Source of the DNA: Planctomycetota bacterium
GTDB taxonomy: Bacteria > Planctomycetota > B15-G4
Assembly (NCBI GenBank): GCA_965248575.1
Contig: CBDFJQ010000002.1
Span: 2,592,001-2,656,000 of the forward strand
Direction of reading: 5' to 3'
DNA: 64,000 bases
Of this stretch, positions 44,249-53,510 are shown piece by piece. Below the pieces are notes generated by a model. The model saw only the letters and a list, made by a program, of their open reading frames with translations. It was not told the origin of the DNA and made no database searches. Made by a program: the position numbers and the translations under genes. Position 1 is the first letter of the stretch. The number at the start of each line of letters is the position of its first letter.

Positions 44249-45454
44249 ATGAACACGCTCACCCTCCTGCTGGCCGGAGCGGCTGTCACTACGGGCATCG
44301 TTTGGCCCGTGAGCACCCCCGCCAAGGCAATCCACCCTGCTCCCGCAGCGTTCTTCGACGACGAAGAGGGCGAAAACGGAGAACAAGGGCACGACAAGGC
44401 CGCCATCACCCCTGCCGGCCCTCACGTGAAGGCACCGCTCAACGTGAACCTCGAGATCCTCGAGGGCACCTGGCTGCGGGCTCCCAATGAGGAGTGGTTC
44501 GAGGCCCAGGCCGAAACAGACCCCGGCCGATTCGAATATGTCGACGAACTCATCGACATCGAAGGCGACTTCGAGGGCGGATACCGCGACAACGAGGGCG
44601 AGTACGAGCTCCGCTACGACGAAGAAGAGGACGAACTCGCTTACTGGCAACACCTTACGGCTGATCGACTGACCTTGGGCCGCCAGGACTATGTCCAGTT
44701 CTGTGCCAGTTGCCACGGCTTTGACGGTGCTGGTTACGGCCGCTCCGCCCAGCACCTGCGGCCCCCACCGCGCAACTTCACGAAGCCCAGCTTCAAGTTC
44801 AGCAAGGTGCCCGGCAGCCTGCTTCCAAGCGATGACGCTCTGATCAGCCTTGTGAAGAAGGGCCTCGACGGCACGCCGATGCTGCCCTGGGACCTCTCGG
44901 ATGAGCAGCTCGACGACATCATCCAGTACGTGAAGTCGCTCTCCCCCGAAGACAGCGGCTGGCGCGACATCTACTCCGAAGTGGGTGGCGTCGTGACCTC
45001 CGACGAGCCGAACCCGTTCGTGGGCCGGGAAGCTGAAGCCATCCGCATGGGTGAGGACATCTACCACGGCAAGGCCAAGTGCCACAGCTGCCACCCCGGC
45101 TACGTGACCAACGAGCGCTTCGCCGAGATCGGCGGTGCCAACGCCGTCCCGCGCGAAGGCCTGACCTACCCCATCGCGAAGGTCACCGAGAACTACGACG
45201 TGCAGGGCCACCCCATGAAGCTCCTGCCGCCGGACTTCACCTGGCATGACGTGCGTGCTGGCATCAGCGTCGAGGAGCTGTTCGAGACCATCGGCTCCGG
45301 CATCGGCGGCACCGCCATGCCGCAGTGGAAGGGCAGCCTGGACGACGAGGAGATCTGGGCCATGTCCTACTACGTCCGGGACCTGATCGAGACCTACAAA
45401 GGCAAGACCGCTGATCGCGCCCGGTTCATGGCCGGCCTGCGCCAGGGCAACTAA
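44249..45454 (+). CDS. Exported diheme cytochrome c
   Basis: Signal/anchor; CASCHG...PPPRNF...GTPM and CHSCH...PPDF...GTAMP. Confidence 0.9.
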   Translation: MNTLTLLLAGAAVTTGIVWPVSTPAKAIHPAPAAFFDDEEGENGEQGHDKAAITPAGPHVKAPLNVNLEILEGTWLRAPNEEWFEAQAETDPGRFEYVDELIDIEGDFEGGYRDNEGEYELRYDEEEDELAYWQHLTADRLTLGRQDYVQFCASCHGFDGAGYGRSAQHLRPPPRNFTKPSFKFSKVPGSLLPSDDALISLVKKGLDGTPMLPWDLSDEQLDDIIQYVKSLSPEDSGWRDIYSEVGGVVTSDEPNPFVGREAEAIRMGEDIYHGKAKCHSCHPGYVTNERFAEIGGANAVPREGLTYPIAKVTENYDVQGHPMKLLPPDFTWHDVRAGISVEELFETIGSGIGGTAMPQWKGSLDDEEIWAMSYYVRDLIETYKGKTADRARFMAGLRQGN

Positions 45455-45472
45455 TAGGGGCACCTGACAGGA

Positions 45473-46330
45473 ATGAATGCCTTGAGAATCTCTTCCCTGT
45501 GGACGAAGGCCAGCGCGCGCTTGCTCGCGGTGCCTGCCGTCCTCTCCCTGTTCTCCGCGGCTGTCAGTGCCCAGGAGACCGTCATCAATCGCTGGGGGCC
45601 GACCGAAGTCGCGTCCACCTTCGGCGAGCAGTTCGACGATCTCTTCTGGATGATCACCACTTTGGTGAGCGTCAGCTTCGGCCTGGTCTGCATCCTGCTC
45701 GCCATCCCGGTCATCAGGGACCGTGCGAAGCCGGGCAAGAAGGCGCACTACGATCACGGCAAAAGCCTGCACGACAAGCGCTTCACGGCCATCGTGTCGA
45801 TCATCGTCTTCGTGGTGCTCGACGCCTGGGTGATGTACATCGCCATGAAGGACCTGCGCGAGGGCTACTGGAACATCCCCGCACCAACAGATGCCGACAC
45901 CTACCGCGTGGAGGTCCTGGGGCAGCAGTGGGCCTGGAACTTCCGGACGCCCGGCGTGGACGGTGAGTTCGGTACGGCCGACGACATCCTCACCACCAAC
46001 TCCCTCACGGTGCCGGTGGACCGTCCCGTCTCCCTCAACTTCACCAGCAAGGACGTCATCCACTCGTTCTTCCTGCCGGACATGCGCGTGAAGCGCGATG
46101 CGAACCCGGGCGCCGTCAACGCTGCCTGGTTCGAGCCGGTCATCGAGGGCGAGTACGACATCCTGTGCGCCGAGCTGTGTGGCTACGCCCACTACCAGAT
46201 GCACGGCAAGCTGCAGGTGCTCGGCAAGGATGTGTTCAACGCGTGGGAGCAGGAAGCGAGTTTGCTGGCGCAGACTGCTTACGACGAAAACGACTCCGAG
46301 GCCCATTGGGCCTGGGAATGGCAGGAGTAA
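45473..46330 (+). CDS. coxB: Cytochrome c oxidase subunit II (CuA)
   Basis: Two TM helices, QQWAW, SKDVIHSF, CAELCGYAHYQM. Confidence 0.93.
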   Translation: MNALRISSLWTKASARLLAVPAVLSLFSAAVSAQETVINRWGPTEVASTFGEQFDDLFWMITTLVSVSFGLVCILLAIPVIRDRAKPGKKAHYDHGKSLHDKRFTAIVSIIVFVVLDAWVMYIAMKDLREGYWNIPAPTDADTYRVEVLGQQWAWNFRTPGVDGEFGTADDILTTNSLTVPVDRPVSLNFTSKDVIHSFFLPDMRVKRDANPGAVNAAWFEPVIEGEYDILCAELCGYAHYQMHGKLQVLGKDVFNAWEQEASLLAQTAYDENDSEAHWAWEWQE

Positions 46331-46337
46331 CTGATCC

Positions 46338-48059
46338 ATGAGTGGCGACCACATCCACCCGGTGCCGACGAGCTTCTGGAAGAGGCACGTCTTCTCCGTT
46401 GATCACAAGGTCATCGCGAAACAGTTCCTCTGGTTTGGACTGATCTGGCTGCTGATCGGCGGCCTGATGGCGATGATGATCCGCTGGCAGCTCGCGAACC
46501 CTGGTTCGCCAGTGCCGGTCATCGGCGGCCTGTTGTTCCCGCGTACGGGCGGCGTCATCGACCCGTCCACGTACAACATGCTGTTCACCATGCACGGCAC
46601 GATCATGATCTTCCTCGGGCTGACGCCCGTGTTGATCGGTTGCTTCGGCAACTGGTGCATCCCGCTCATGATCGGCGCCCGGGACATGATCTTCCCGCTG
46701 CTGAACATGCTGTCCTTCTGGACGGTGGCCCTGGGCGGCCTGGTGGGTCTCTACTCGCTCTTCGTGCCGCTCGGCGCGACGGAGGCGGGCTGGACCGGTT
46801 ACCCCACCTTGTCCACCACTGTCGGCACCCAAGGCTCAGGTGAAACCCTGTGGGCCGTGGCCGTCTTCTTGATCGGCCTCAGCTCGATCATGGGTGGCAT
46901 CAACTACATCACCACCATCATCCGGCTGCGCGCGCCGGGCATGAAGTGGATGGACATGCCGCTCACCGTCTGGGGCCTGTTCTTCACCGCCATCCTGAAC
47001 GTGCTCTTCCTGCCGGTCATCGGCTCGGCCATGTTGCTGCTGATCATGGACCGCGTCTTCGGCACGGCCTTCTACGTGCCGGCCAGCATCATGAGCGGTG
47101 CGTCGGGCGGCGACCCGATCCTCTACCAGCACCTGTTCTGGATCTTCGGCCACCCCGAGGTCTACATCCTGATCCTGCCCGCCTGGGGCATCGTGGGCGA
47201 CCTGCTGTCCTTCTTCGCCCGCAAGCCCGCCTTCGGCTACCGGGTGACGGTCGGCGCCATGTTCGCCGTGACGATCATGTCGGCGGTTGTCTACGGCCAC
47301 CACATGTTCACCACGGGCATGTCCGCGATGCTCGGTGAGAGCTTCATGCTACTCACGATGATCATCTCAGTGCCGGGTGAGATCCTGTTCTTCAACTGGC
47401 TGCACACCATCTGGCGAGGCAGCCTGCGCATGACGCCGCCCATGTTGTTTGCGTTGGGCGTCATCTTCGTTTTTGGTCTGGGTGGCCTCACTGGCCTCTA
47501 CCTGGCCACGATCAGCACGGACATCTTCCTGCACGACACCTACTTCGTCGTGGGTCACTTCCACCTGACCATGGCGGCCTCCTCGCTGTTCGGTGCGTTC
47601 GGTGCCATCTACTTCTTCTTCCCGAAGATGTTCGGCCGGCTGATGAACGACCGCCTGGGCAAGATTCACTTCTGGACCACCGTGATCCCCCTGACCGTGG
47701 TGTTCTGCACCATGTTCATCAGCGGTTACGGCGGCATGCCGCGGCGTTACTACGACCACACATCGGCCAGCTACCTGCTGCCCTTGCAGCACCTGAACGT
47801 CATCACCACCACGGCCGCATTCCTGCTGGGTGCCGCGCAGCTGATCTTCGCGTGGAACTTCATCAGGAGCCGCTGGTGGGGCGAGAAGGCGCCGGCCAAC
47901 CCGTGGGAAGTGGGCACGCTGGACTGGTCCATACCCACGCCCGTGCCGCACTACAACTTCAAGGAGATCCCGGAGGTCCACACGGGCCCCCACGAGTTCA
48001 GCCACCCCAAGCTGGTGGACACGGACTGGATCTCCCAGACCGAGAAGTTGCCGACCTGA
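46338..48059 (+). CDS. coxA: Heme-copper oxidase subunit I, family A (A1-type HPEVY), lacking K-channel residues
   Basis: TMHG, GARDM, GWTGYP, FGHPEVY, GHHM, HDTYFVVGHFH, GMPRRY. Confidence 0.95.
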   Translation: MSGDHIHPVPTSFWKRHVFSVDHKVIAKQFLWFGLIWLLIGGLMAMMIRWQLANPGSPVPVIGGLLFPRTGGVIDPSTYNMLFTMHGTIMIFLGLTPVLIGCFGNWCIPLMIGARDMIFPLLNMLSFWTVALGGLVGLYSLFVPLGATEAGWTGYPTLSTTVGTQGSGETLWAVAVFLIGLSSIMGGINYITTIIRLRAPGMKWMDMPLTVWGLFFTAILNVLFLPVIGSAMLLLIMDRVFGTAFYVPASIMSGASGGDPILYQHLFWIFGHPEVYILILPAWGIVGDLLSFFARKPAFGYRVTVGAMFAVTIMSAVVYGHHMFTTGMSAMLGESFMLLTMIISVPGEILFFNWLHTIWRGSLRMTPPMLFALGVIFVFGLGGLTGLYLATISTDIFLHDTYFVVGHFHLTMAASSLFGAFGAIYFFFPKMFGRLMNDRLGKIHFWTTVIPLTVVFCTMFISGYGGMPRRYYDHTSASYLLPLQHLNVITTTAAFLLGAAQLIFAWNFIRSRWWGEKAPANPWEVGTLDWSIPTPVPHYNFKEIPEVHTGPHEFSHPKLVDTDWISQTEKLPT

Positions 48060-48064
48060 CCATC

Positions 48065-48652
48065 ATGACCACCCTGGCTGCGAACCCCGTTCGAGAAGAC
48101 CCCCGGTCGCGCGTCAACGCGACGCTCGGGATGGTGTTCTTCATCGGCTCATGGTCCATGGCGTTCGGGACGCTCTTCCTCTCCTTCTTGATCCTGAGGG
48201 AGCGCGTCGGCACCTGGCCCCCGCCGGGCATCGTGCTGCCCAGCCTCCCCGTGGCCACAGCCGCGACCCTGGTGCTCCTGGCCAGCAGCGTCGCGGTGCA
48301 CGCCGCGGTGCGGCGCGGGCGCAAGGGGGCGAGTGGTTTTGCTGGTCTGTGGGCCCTGGGCACGCTGCTCGGCCTCGGCTTCGCCGCCGCACAGTCCTGG
48401 CTCTGGTTCGACCTGCTGGCTGCAGGCAGCGGGCCCCAGTCGGGTGCCTACGAGTCCTTGTTCTTCGGCTTGACCTGGGTACACGCCGCACACGTGGCGC
48501 TCGCCCTGATCTCGCTTTTGTGGATCCAGTTCGGGATCCAAACTGGTCGCTACGGCGCACACCGCATCTCCACGGTTCAGAACACCGCGGTGTTCTGGCA
48601 CTTCATGGATGTGGTCTGGGTCGGCATGTATCTGAGTTTCTTCGTCTTCTAG
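48065..48652 (+). CDS. Cytochrome c oxidase subunit III-like (short form, copy 1)
   Basis: LGMVFFI..F..LF, T..LLASS, LTWVHAAHV, FWHFMDVVW. Confidence 0.85.
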   Translation: MTTLAANPVREDPRSRVNATLGMVFFIGSWSMAFGTLFLSFLILRERVGTWPPPGIVLPSLPVATAATLVLLASSVAVHAAVRRGRKGASGFAGLWALGTLLGLGFAAAQSWLWFDLLAAGSGPQSGAYESLFFGLTWVHAAHVALALISLLWIQFGIQTGRYGAHRISTVQNTAVFWHFMDVVWVGMYLSFFVF

Positions 48653-48665
48653 AGGTTTCTGCCCG

Positions 48666-49319
48666 ATGAGCACGGCTCATAGCGCGACTGCCGATTCGGT
48701 GATGGCCGACGACGGTGCCACCGACGATCCGCACTTCGGAAACGCCACCGGCGGCAAGATCGCCATGTGGATGTTCATCGCCCAGGACGGCATGTCCTTC
48801 GGCGGTCTGCTCCTGGCCTACGGCCTGCTGCGGATCTTCTCGGCCGAGTGGCCCGTGCCCGCCGACATCCTCGGCATCGGGCTCACCGCCACGGCGACCT
48901 TCATCCTCATCTGCTCGTCGCTCTCGATGGTCTTCGCCGTCGAGGCCGCCAAGGAGTGCAACCAGGCCAGCCTGGTGCGCTGGTTGATGGTGACCATCCT
49001 GGGAGGCTTGAGCTTCCTCGGTATCCAGTACTACGAGTACAGCCACCTGCTGCACGAAGGCATCCGCTTCGCCACGAGCAGCTGGCAGGGCCAGGACGTG
49101 AATGATCTGTTCGGCTCGACCTTCTACGCGGTGACCGGCTTCCACGGCATGCACGTCACGGCGGGCGTCATCTACCTCTGCTGCGTCCTCAAGAACGCCA
49201 TGGCCGGGAAGTACACCCAGGGCGGCATCAGCCACAGCGCCGTCGAGCTTGTGGGCTTGTTCTGGCACTTCGTGGATCTGGTCTGGATCCTCGTCTTCAC
49301 CTTCATCTACTTGCTCTGA
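48666..49319 (+). CDS. Cytochrome c oxidase subunit III-like (short form, copy 2)
   Basis: KIAMWMFI.QD, T.ILICSS, Q..EY, TGFHGMHV, FWHFVDLVW. Confidence 0.9.
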   Translation: MSTAHSATADSVMADDGATDDPHFGNATGGKIAMWMFIAQDGMSFGGLLLAYGLLRIFSAEWPVPADILGIGLTATATFILICSSLSMVFAVEAAKECNQASLVRWLMVTILGGLSFLGIQYYEYSHLLHEGIRFATSSWQGQDVNDLFGSTFYAVTGFHGMHVTAGVIYLCCVLKNAMAGKYTQGGISHSAVELVGLFWHFVDLVWILVFTFIYLL

Positions 49320-49333
49320 TCGGGCCGCGAACC

Positions 49334-49633
49334 ATGACCGCAAACAACGACAGCGCCCATGGCAGCAACAAGGGCCTCTACGTCACGATCTTCCTGATCC
49401 TGGGCTTCCTGACCGCCATCGAGGTCTTCATCCCCGACGTCTATGCGGGCAAGGATCGCCAGACGTCCAAGATGTTGCTGCTCGTGATCCTGGCTGTCGG
49501 CAAGGCCATGCTCGTGGGCCTCTACTTCATGCACTTGAAGTGGGAGAAGCCGTGGCTCAAGTGGATCGCCCTGATGCCGGTCTACATGGGTCTCTTCACC
49601 ATCTTCCTGATGCTCGAGACGGTCTACCGCTGA
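49334..49633 (+). CDS. Prokaryotic cytochrome c oxidase subunit IV family protein
   Basis: Three TM helices, LTAIEV, KAMLVGLYFMHLKWE. Confidence 0.88.
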   Translation: MTANNDSAHGSNKGLYVTIFLILGFLTAIEVFIPDVYAGKDRQTSKMLLLVILAVGKAMLVGLYFMHLKWEKPWLKWIALMPVYMGLFTIFLMLETVYR

Positions 49634-49872
49634 TGCTCGCTGGCCTCGCACGTCGACTCCCCGCCGTGCGCACGGCCGCGACCGCCCTGGGCGGCGTGGT
49701 GGCCTTCTCGGCCGACGCCTGGGCCTGCCCCTACTGCGCCCTGAGCCAGGGCACCGAGACCCTCGTCTTCATAGGCGCTTTCCTCGCCATCCCCTACATC
49801 GTGGTCACCGCCGTGATGTTCTGGATGAAGCGGGTGCTCGCCAGCGAACACGCCAACGAACTCGAAGGCTGA
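49633..49872 (+). CDS. Small membrane protein with CxxC directly after a signal peptide
   Basis: 79 aa; AWA-CPYC then a TM helix; TGATG overlap with subunit IV. Confidence 0.75.
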   Translation: MLAGLARRLPAVRTAATALGGVVAFSADAWACPYCALSQGTETLVFIGAFLAIPYIVVTAVMFWMKRVLASEHANELEG

Positions 49873-49882
49873 CGTCGACCCC

Positions 49883-50569
49883 GTGGGTGACGGTGACAGC
49901 CTCACGGGACGCGCACCCCCCGGCCCGGCCTTCCTTGCGAAGCCGTGGTTCTGGGCGCTGTTCGTGGGCACGCTTTTCTGCGTCCCCCTGATCAAGGGCT
50001 TGGGGGCCGAGCTGCCCAAGGCCCTGCCCGGCATGGAGCGCACCCCCTCCGAATTCGAGCTGGCCGACGAGAACGGTGCGCTCGTCAGCCTCGCCGATCT
50101 GCAGGGCTATCTGGTGGTCGTCACCGAGCTGCCCCTCGCCAGCGGCAGTGGACGCGAGCACACCATGCGCACGCTGCGTTCGCTGCGGCGTCGGCTGCGG
50201 GGGCTGGGAAGCGCCGTGGTCTTCGTGTCGCTCTGCCATGGCGGCGCTGCGAACGACCTCACGGCCCTGCTCGACAAGTGGACGGCCCGCAAACCCGTCA
50301 ACGTCTTCCTGATCGATCCGAAGCGCCAGACCACCGCCGACCTGCGCCACGAAGCTGGTAGCGAGAGCGCCGACTGGTTCCTGCTGGACAGGCACGGCCG
50401 CCTGCGGGGTGCCTACGGTGTCCCCCCGGTGAACCAGCCTCAAAACATGGATGCGCAAGTGGAGGCCCAGCGCCTCGTGGCCGTGGAAGACGAGATGGAC
50501 CGCCTCGTGTGGCAGGCAGGCCAGCTGGCCAACTGGGCGGGCTCCGATACGGCGCCGGGCAGCCCGTGA
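49883..50569 (+). CDS. SCO1/SenC-like thioredoxin-fold protein lacking CxxxC
   Basis: TM anchor, FELADENG..VSLADLQG, FLLDRHGRLRGAY; no Cys pair at the expected site. Confidence 0.65.
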   Translation: MGDGDSLTGRAPPGPAFLAKPWFWALFVGTLFCVPLIKGLGAELPKALPGMERTPSEFELADENGALVSLADLQGYLVVVTELPLASGSGREHTMRTLRSLRRRLRGLGSAVVFVSLCHGGAANDLTALLDKWTARKPVNVFLIDPKRQTTADLRHEAGSESADWFLLDRHGRLRGAYGVPPVNQPQNMDAQVEAQRLVAVEDEMDRLVWQAGQLANWAGSDTAPGSP

Positions 50570-52053
50570 AGCTGCGCAGGGATGCTTGGCTCGTCGTCAT
50601 CGCTGGCTCGCTGCTGACGCTCAGTGGCTGCAGCAGCCCCTCGTCCTCATCGGTGAGCAGCTCGCCAGCACCGCGCGTGATTGAAGAGGCCGACCCCGAG
50701 CTGGGCCGCTTGATCGTGTTCGTCCAGCCTGGCTCCGACCTGGCCCGCTCCTTCGAGCAGGACGACCTGCCGCAGATCGTCGCCCTCACCCAAGAACTGG
50801 GTATCACGGCGACGGTGGTCGACGCCACCTCCGCCGCGCCCACCGAGGTGAGCCTGACGCCCCAGCTGGTGTTCCAGAACCACCGAGGCCGCTCGGTCTT
50901 CGAAGGGCGTTACGCCAGCCTCGACCGCCTGCGCAACTTCCTGCGCACCGCGCGCCGAGCTCCGCTGGGCCCGGCCACACATGCCGCGAAGGACACGCTC
51001 GTCTGGCAGGCCGGTCGGGTCACGCTGACCGCGCCTATCAAGGTGGGCAAAGTCACCGGACATCCGCCCCGAGGCTACGAGCACGACGCCTTCCAACAGG
51101 AAGCCATCGCAGCCATCGACGACGCCCAAGAGTTGTTCCGGCGAGAGTCCGAAGTCCAGCTCAGCCGCGGGGACCGGGCCTTCTACATGGACTTCTATCC
51201 GTACCTGGCCGAGGACGGAACGCTGTATGTGTCGACCGCGCTGTTCTCCCAGTTCCACTGCAAGCAGGCGGTGTACATCAGCCCGCCGGATGCGCCCCAT
51301 GTCGGGCCGTGGTCCGAGCGCGCCAGCGTCTTTGCACGCGCTGCCCGCAGTCTCGAAGCGGAGCTGCGACGGCAACTGGCGAGCAGCGAGCATGGCGACG
51401 GCTTCGCTGCCCTCGGCGACGACACGCCGCTGGCGAGCTGGGCCGCCTTGGGCTTGGACTTGCCGGACGCACCGCCCGAAGCCCCCGCGTCGGCGGCCCG
51501 CGGGCCGCTGCCCCAGTCATGGGCGCTCGACACCTCGGACGCAAACAGCGACGCGACACCCAGCCTGCTCTTCCATCTCGCAGCGCCGCTCGACTCCTAC
51601 CGCGGCGAGGTCAGCGACCTGCAGGGCCGCCTCGACAGCTCGACCCCCACCGCCGGCGGCGAGCTGGTGGCGCGCGGCGCGTCCGTCAGCATGGGCGACC
51701 CGGACCTCGACAAGTGGATCCACAGCGCAGCCGTCTTGGACGTGAAGCAGTTTCCCGAGGCACGCTTCAGCTTGGACACCATGACCCTCGACCAGGCGCT
51801 CGCTTGGGGGCGCCTCAGCCCCATGACGGGCCAGGGCCACTTCAGCATGCGCGGCCAGACAATCCCGATGCAGGTGCGCGCCGAGCTGGAACCACTCGTG
51901 GACGAGGCCGGGAAGACCGTCTTGGCGGTGAGCGGGAGTTTCGACCTCAGCCTGGGAGCGCCGTGGTCCGTCGACGTCCCGGTGGGCGACGCCCCCGAGA
52001 ACCGTCAGCTGGTCTTCGACTTCGAGTTCGAACTGAGCTCTGCGGACGGCTGA
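50566..52053 (+). CDS. Lipoprotein with C-terminal YceI-like domain
   Basis: Lipobox LSGC; C-terminal SVSMGDPDLD..IHS..VLDVKQFPEARF...G.FSMRGQT.P; GTGA overlap with the upstream gene. Confidence 0.65.
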   Translation: MKLRRDAWLVVIAGSLLTLSGCSSPSSSSVSSSPAPRVIEEADPELGRLIVFVQPGSDLARSFEQDDLPQIVALTQELGITATVVDATSAAPTEVSLTPQLVFQNHRGRSVFEGRYASLDRLRNFLRTARRAPLGPATHAAKDTLVWQAGRVTLTAPIKVGKVTGHPPRGYEHDAFQQEAIAAIDDAQELFRRESEVQLSRGDRAFYMDFYPYLAEDGTLYVSTALFSQFHCKQAVYISPPDAPHVGPWSERASVFARAARSLEAELRRQLASSEHGDGFAALGDDTPLASWAALGLDLPDAPPEAPASAARGPLPQSWALDTSDANSDATPSLLFHLAAPLDSYRGEVSDLQGRLDSSTPTAGGELVARGASVSMGDPDLDKWIHSAAVLDVKQFPEARFSLDTMTLDQALAWGRLSPMTGQGHFSMRGQTIPMQVRAELEPLVDEAGKTVLAVSGSFDLSLGAPWSVDVPVGDAPENRQLVFDFEFELSSADG

Positions 52054-52115
52054 CGGCGGTCCGTGACCCACGGAGACCCACTCTCTGTGGTCTGCGGGCG
52101 AAGGAAACGAAACGC

Positions 52116-52140
52116 CGAACAGCGCCCCTAGCGCTGTTCG
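52116..52140. terminator. 10-bp perfect hairpin at a convergent gene junction
   Basis: cgaacagcgc-cccta-gcgctgttcg, overlapping the stop of the minus-strand gene. Confidence 0.45.
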
Positions 52141-53510
52141 TTCCCGTTCAAGTGGACCTCACCGCTGCTGGGCTCCACCACGATGCCGTCGGCCGGGTAG
52201 TTGCGCAGGCTGTTGCCGTGGATCACGTGCTGGGCCCCTCCCAGAACGAGGATCGCGGGGTAGTCGTGACGCTCATCACCATCGTGCCGGAAGCGATTGG
52301 AGAGGATGCTGACCCCCTCCGTGACGGTGCGGTCGCCGGCCAGCAAGGAAACGAGGCTCACGTCCGCGAACTCGTTGTCTACCACCACGTGCCCGCTGCC
52401 GCCGTTGATGCGCAGGGCCGGCCCACCCGCGGTGGCATGGAACACATTGCCACTCAGCAGCGAGCCGCTCGCCACGCTGGTGTGACGCCACGCCCCGGCC
52501 TGTATCGGTGCTTCGACGTCGACCATGGCCACCGTCTGGGCGCCCTCGAAGCTCCCGAAGGCGTTGCGCTTCACGGACTGCTGCCGCTCGCCTGCGAGAT
52601 GCAGGGCGCGCTCCGCCGCCAGCGAATGAAAGACGTTGTCCTCGATGGACAGCCAGTGCCCGGCCTCTCCGCCCGTGGCTTCGATGGCCGTGCGGACCGG
52701 GTCCCGCAGGTCGCCCAACTCCAGGAAGACGTTGCCGGAGATGCGCGCCAGGGCGACGTCCTCCAGGCGCATGCCGTAGGCCAGGAAGCCCCGCTCCTGT
52801 CGTTCGCCGATGGCCTGCCCCATCACCGTGTTCTGGGTGATGTGCAACTGCTCGAGGCCGTCGGCACGCAGCACGGTCCAACCGCGATGGGGATGGAATT
52901 CGTTCTCGTGGATCCAGGCGCTGGTGTGCTTCAGCAGCGTGTGCGAACCCAGCTCGACGAAGGTCGGCAGCGCGCCCTGGGCATCCCGCCCCCGGAAGGT
53001 GCAGCCCTGCAATTGGAAACCCTGGGAACGGACGCGCACCAGCGAGTGCCCGGTGACGGGCAGATGGTCCACCAGCTCGAGTCCTTCGAGCACCACGCTC
53101 TCGCCCGTGACGTCGAACAGGCCGACGCCCCACAGGGCGCTGGAGAGCAGCGTCGCACCCTCCCCATGGATGCGCACATCGTCCGCGGTGATGGAGACCG
53201 GTTGGCGGAAGCTGTAGGTGCCTGGGGCCACGACGATCTCGCCGCCCTCCGGCAGCGAGGCCAGGGCGGCCAGGAACGGCCGCTCGTCGTCGCCCGTGAA
53301 CAAGTGTTCGGGGATCTCAGCGGGAGCCAGGGGGACGGCGCGACCGGACCAGCCGATGTGGACCACGCTCCCGGCCGCGAGGGTCTGCACGGGGACTTCG
53401 GGTGCGCTGGCTGGCGTCCAGCGCCTTGCCAGCTCCGGGGCCGGGAGCAGGATGGCTGCCATGAGACCCAGGACGGCGGGCACTCCCAACATGCTTGTCT
53501 GCAGCCTCAT
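52128..53510 (-). CDS. Secreted right-handed parallel beta-helix (pectin lyase-like) protein
   Basis: Signal-like N-terminus, GGEIVVAPGTY, recurring I..N.F strands. Start ATG 53510. Confidence 0.75.
   Translation of the reverse strand: MRLQTSMLGVPAVLGLMAAILLPAPELARRWTPASAPEVPVQTLAAGSVVHIGWSGRAVPLAPAEIPEHLFTGDDERPFLAALASLPEGGEIVVAPGTYSFRQPVSITADDVRIHGEGATLLSSALWGVGLFDVTGESVVLEGLELVDHLPVTGHSLVRVRSQGFQLQGCTFRGRDAQGALPTFVELGSHTLLKHTSAWIHENEFHPHRGWTVLRADGLEQLHITQNTVMGQAIGERQERGFLAYGMRLEDVALARISGNVFLELGDLRDPVRTAIEATGGEAGHWLSIEDNVFHSLAAERALHLAGERQQSVKRNAFGSFEGAQTVAMVDVEAPIQAGAWRHTSVASGSLLSGNVFHATAGGPALRINGGSGHVVVDNEFADVSLVSLLAGDRTVTEGVSILSNRFRHDGDERHDYPAILVLGGAQHVIHGNSLRNYPADGIVVEPSSGEVHLNGNEQR

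Noticed and set aside
44141..46354. 737-aa minus-strand ORF
   Set aside because: Antisense to the cytochrome c and coxB genes, which have clear motifs.
46338..48059. Calling subunit I a nitric oxide reductase or a pseudogene
   Set aside because: The crosslinking Tyr (HPEVY), three CuB His and D-channel are retained, the frame is intact and the operon is complete. The new Glu does not appear to sit at the cNOR Glu positions.
48065..49319. Frameshifted single subunit III gene
   Set aside because: Each ORF has its own start and its own complete WHFxD C-terminal motif, so they are two paralogs.
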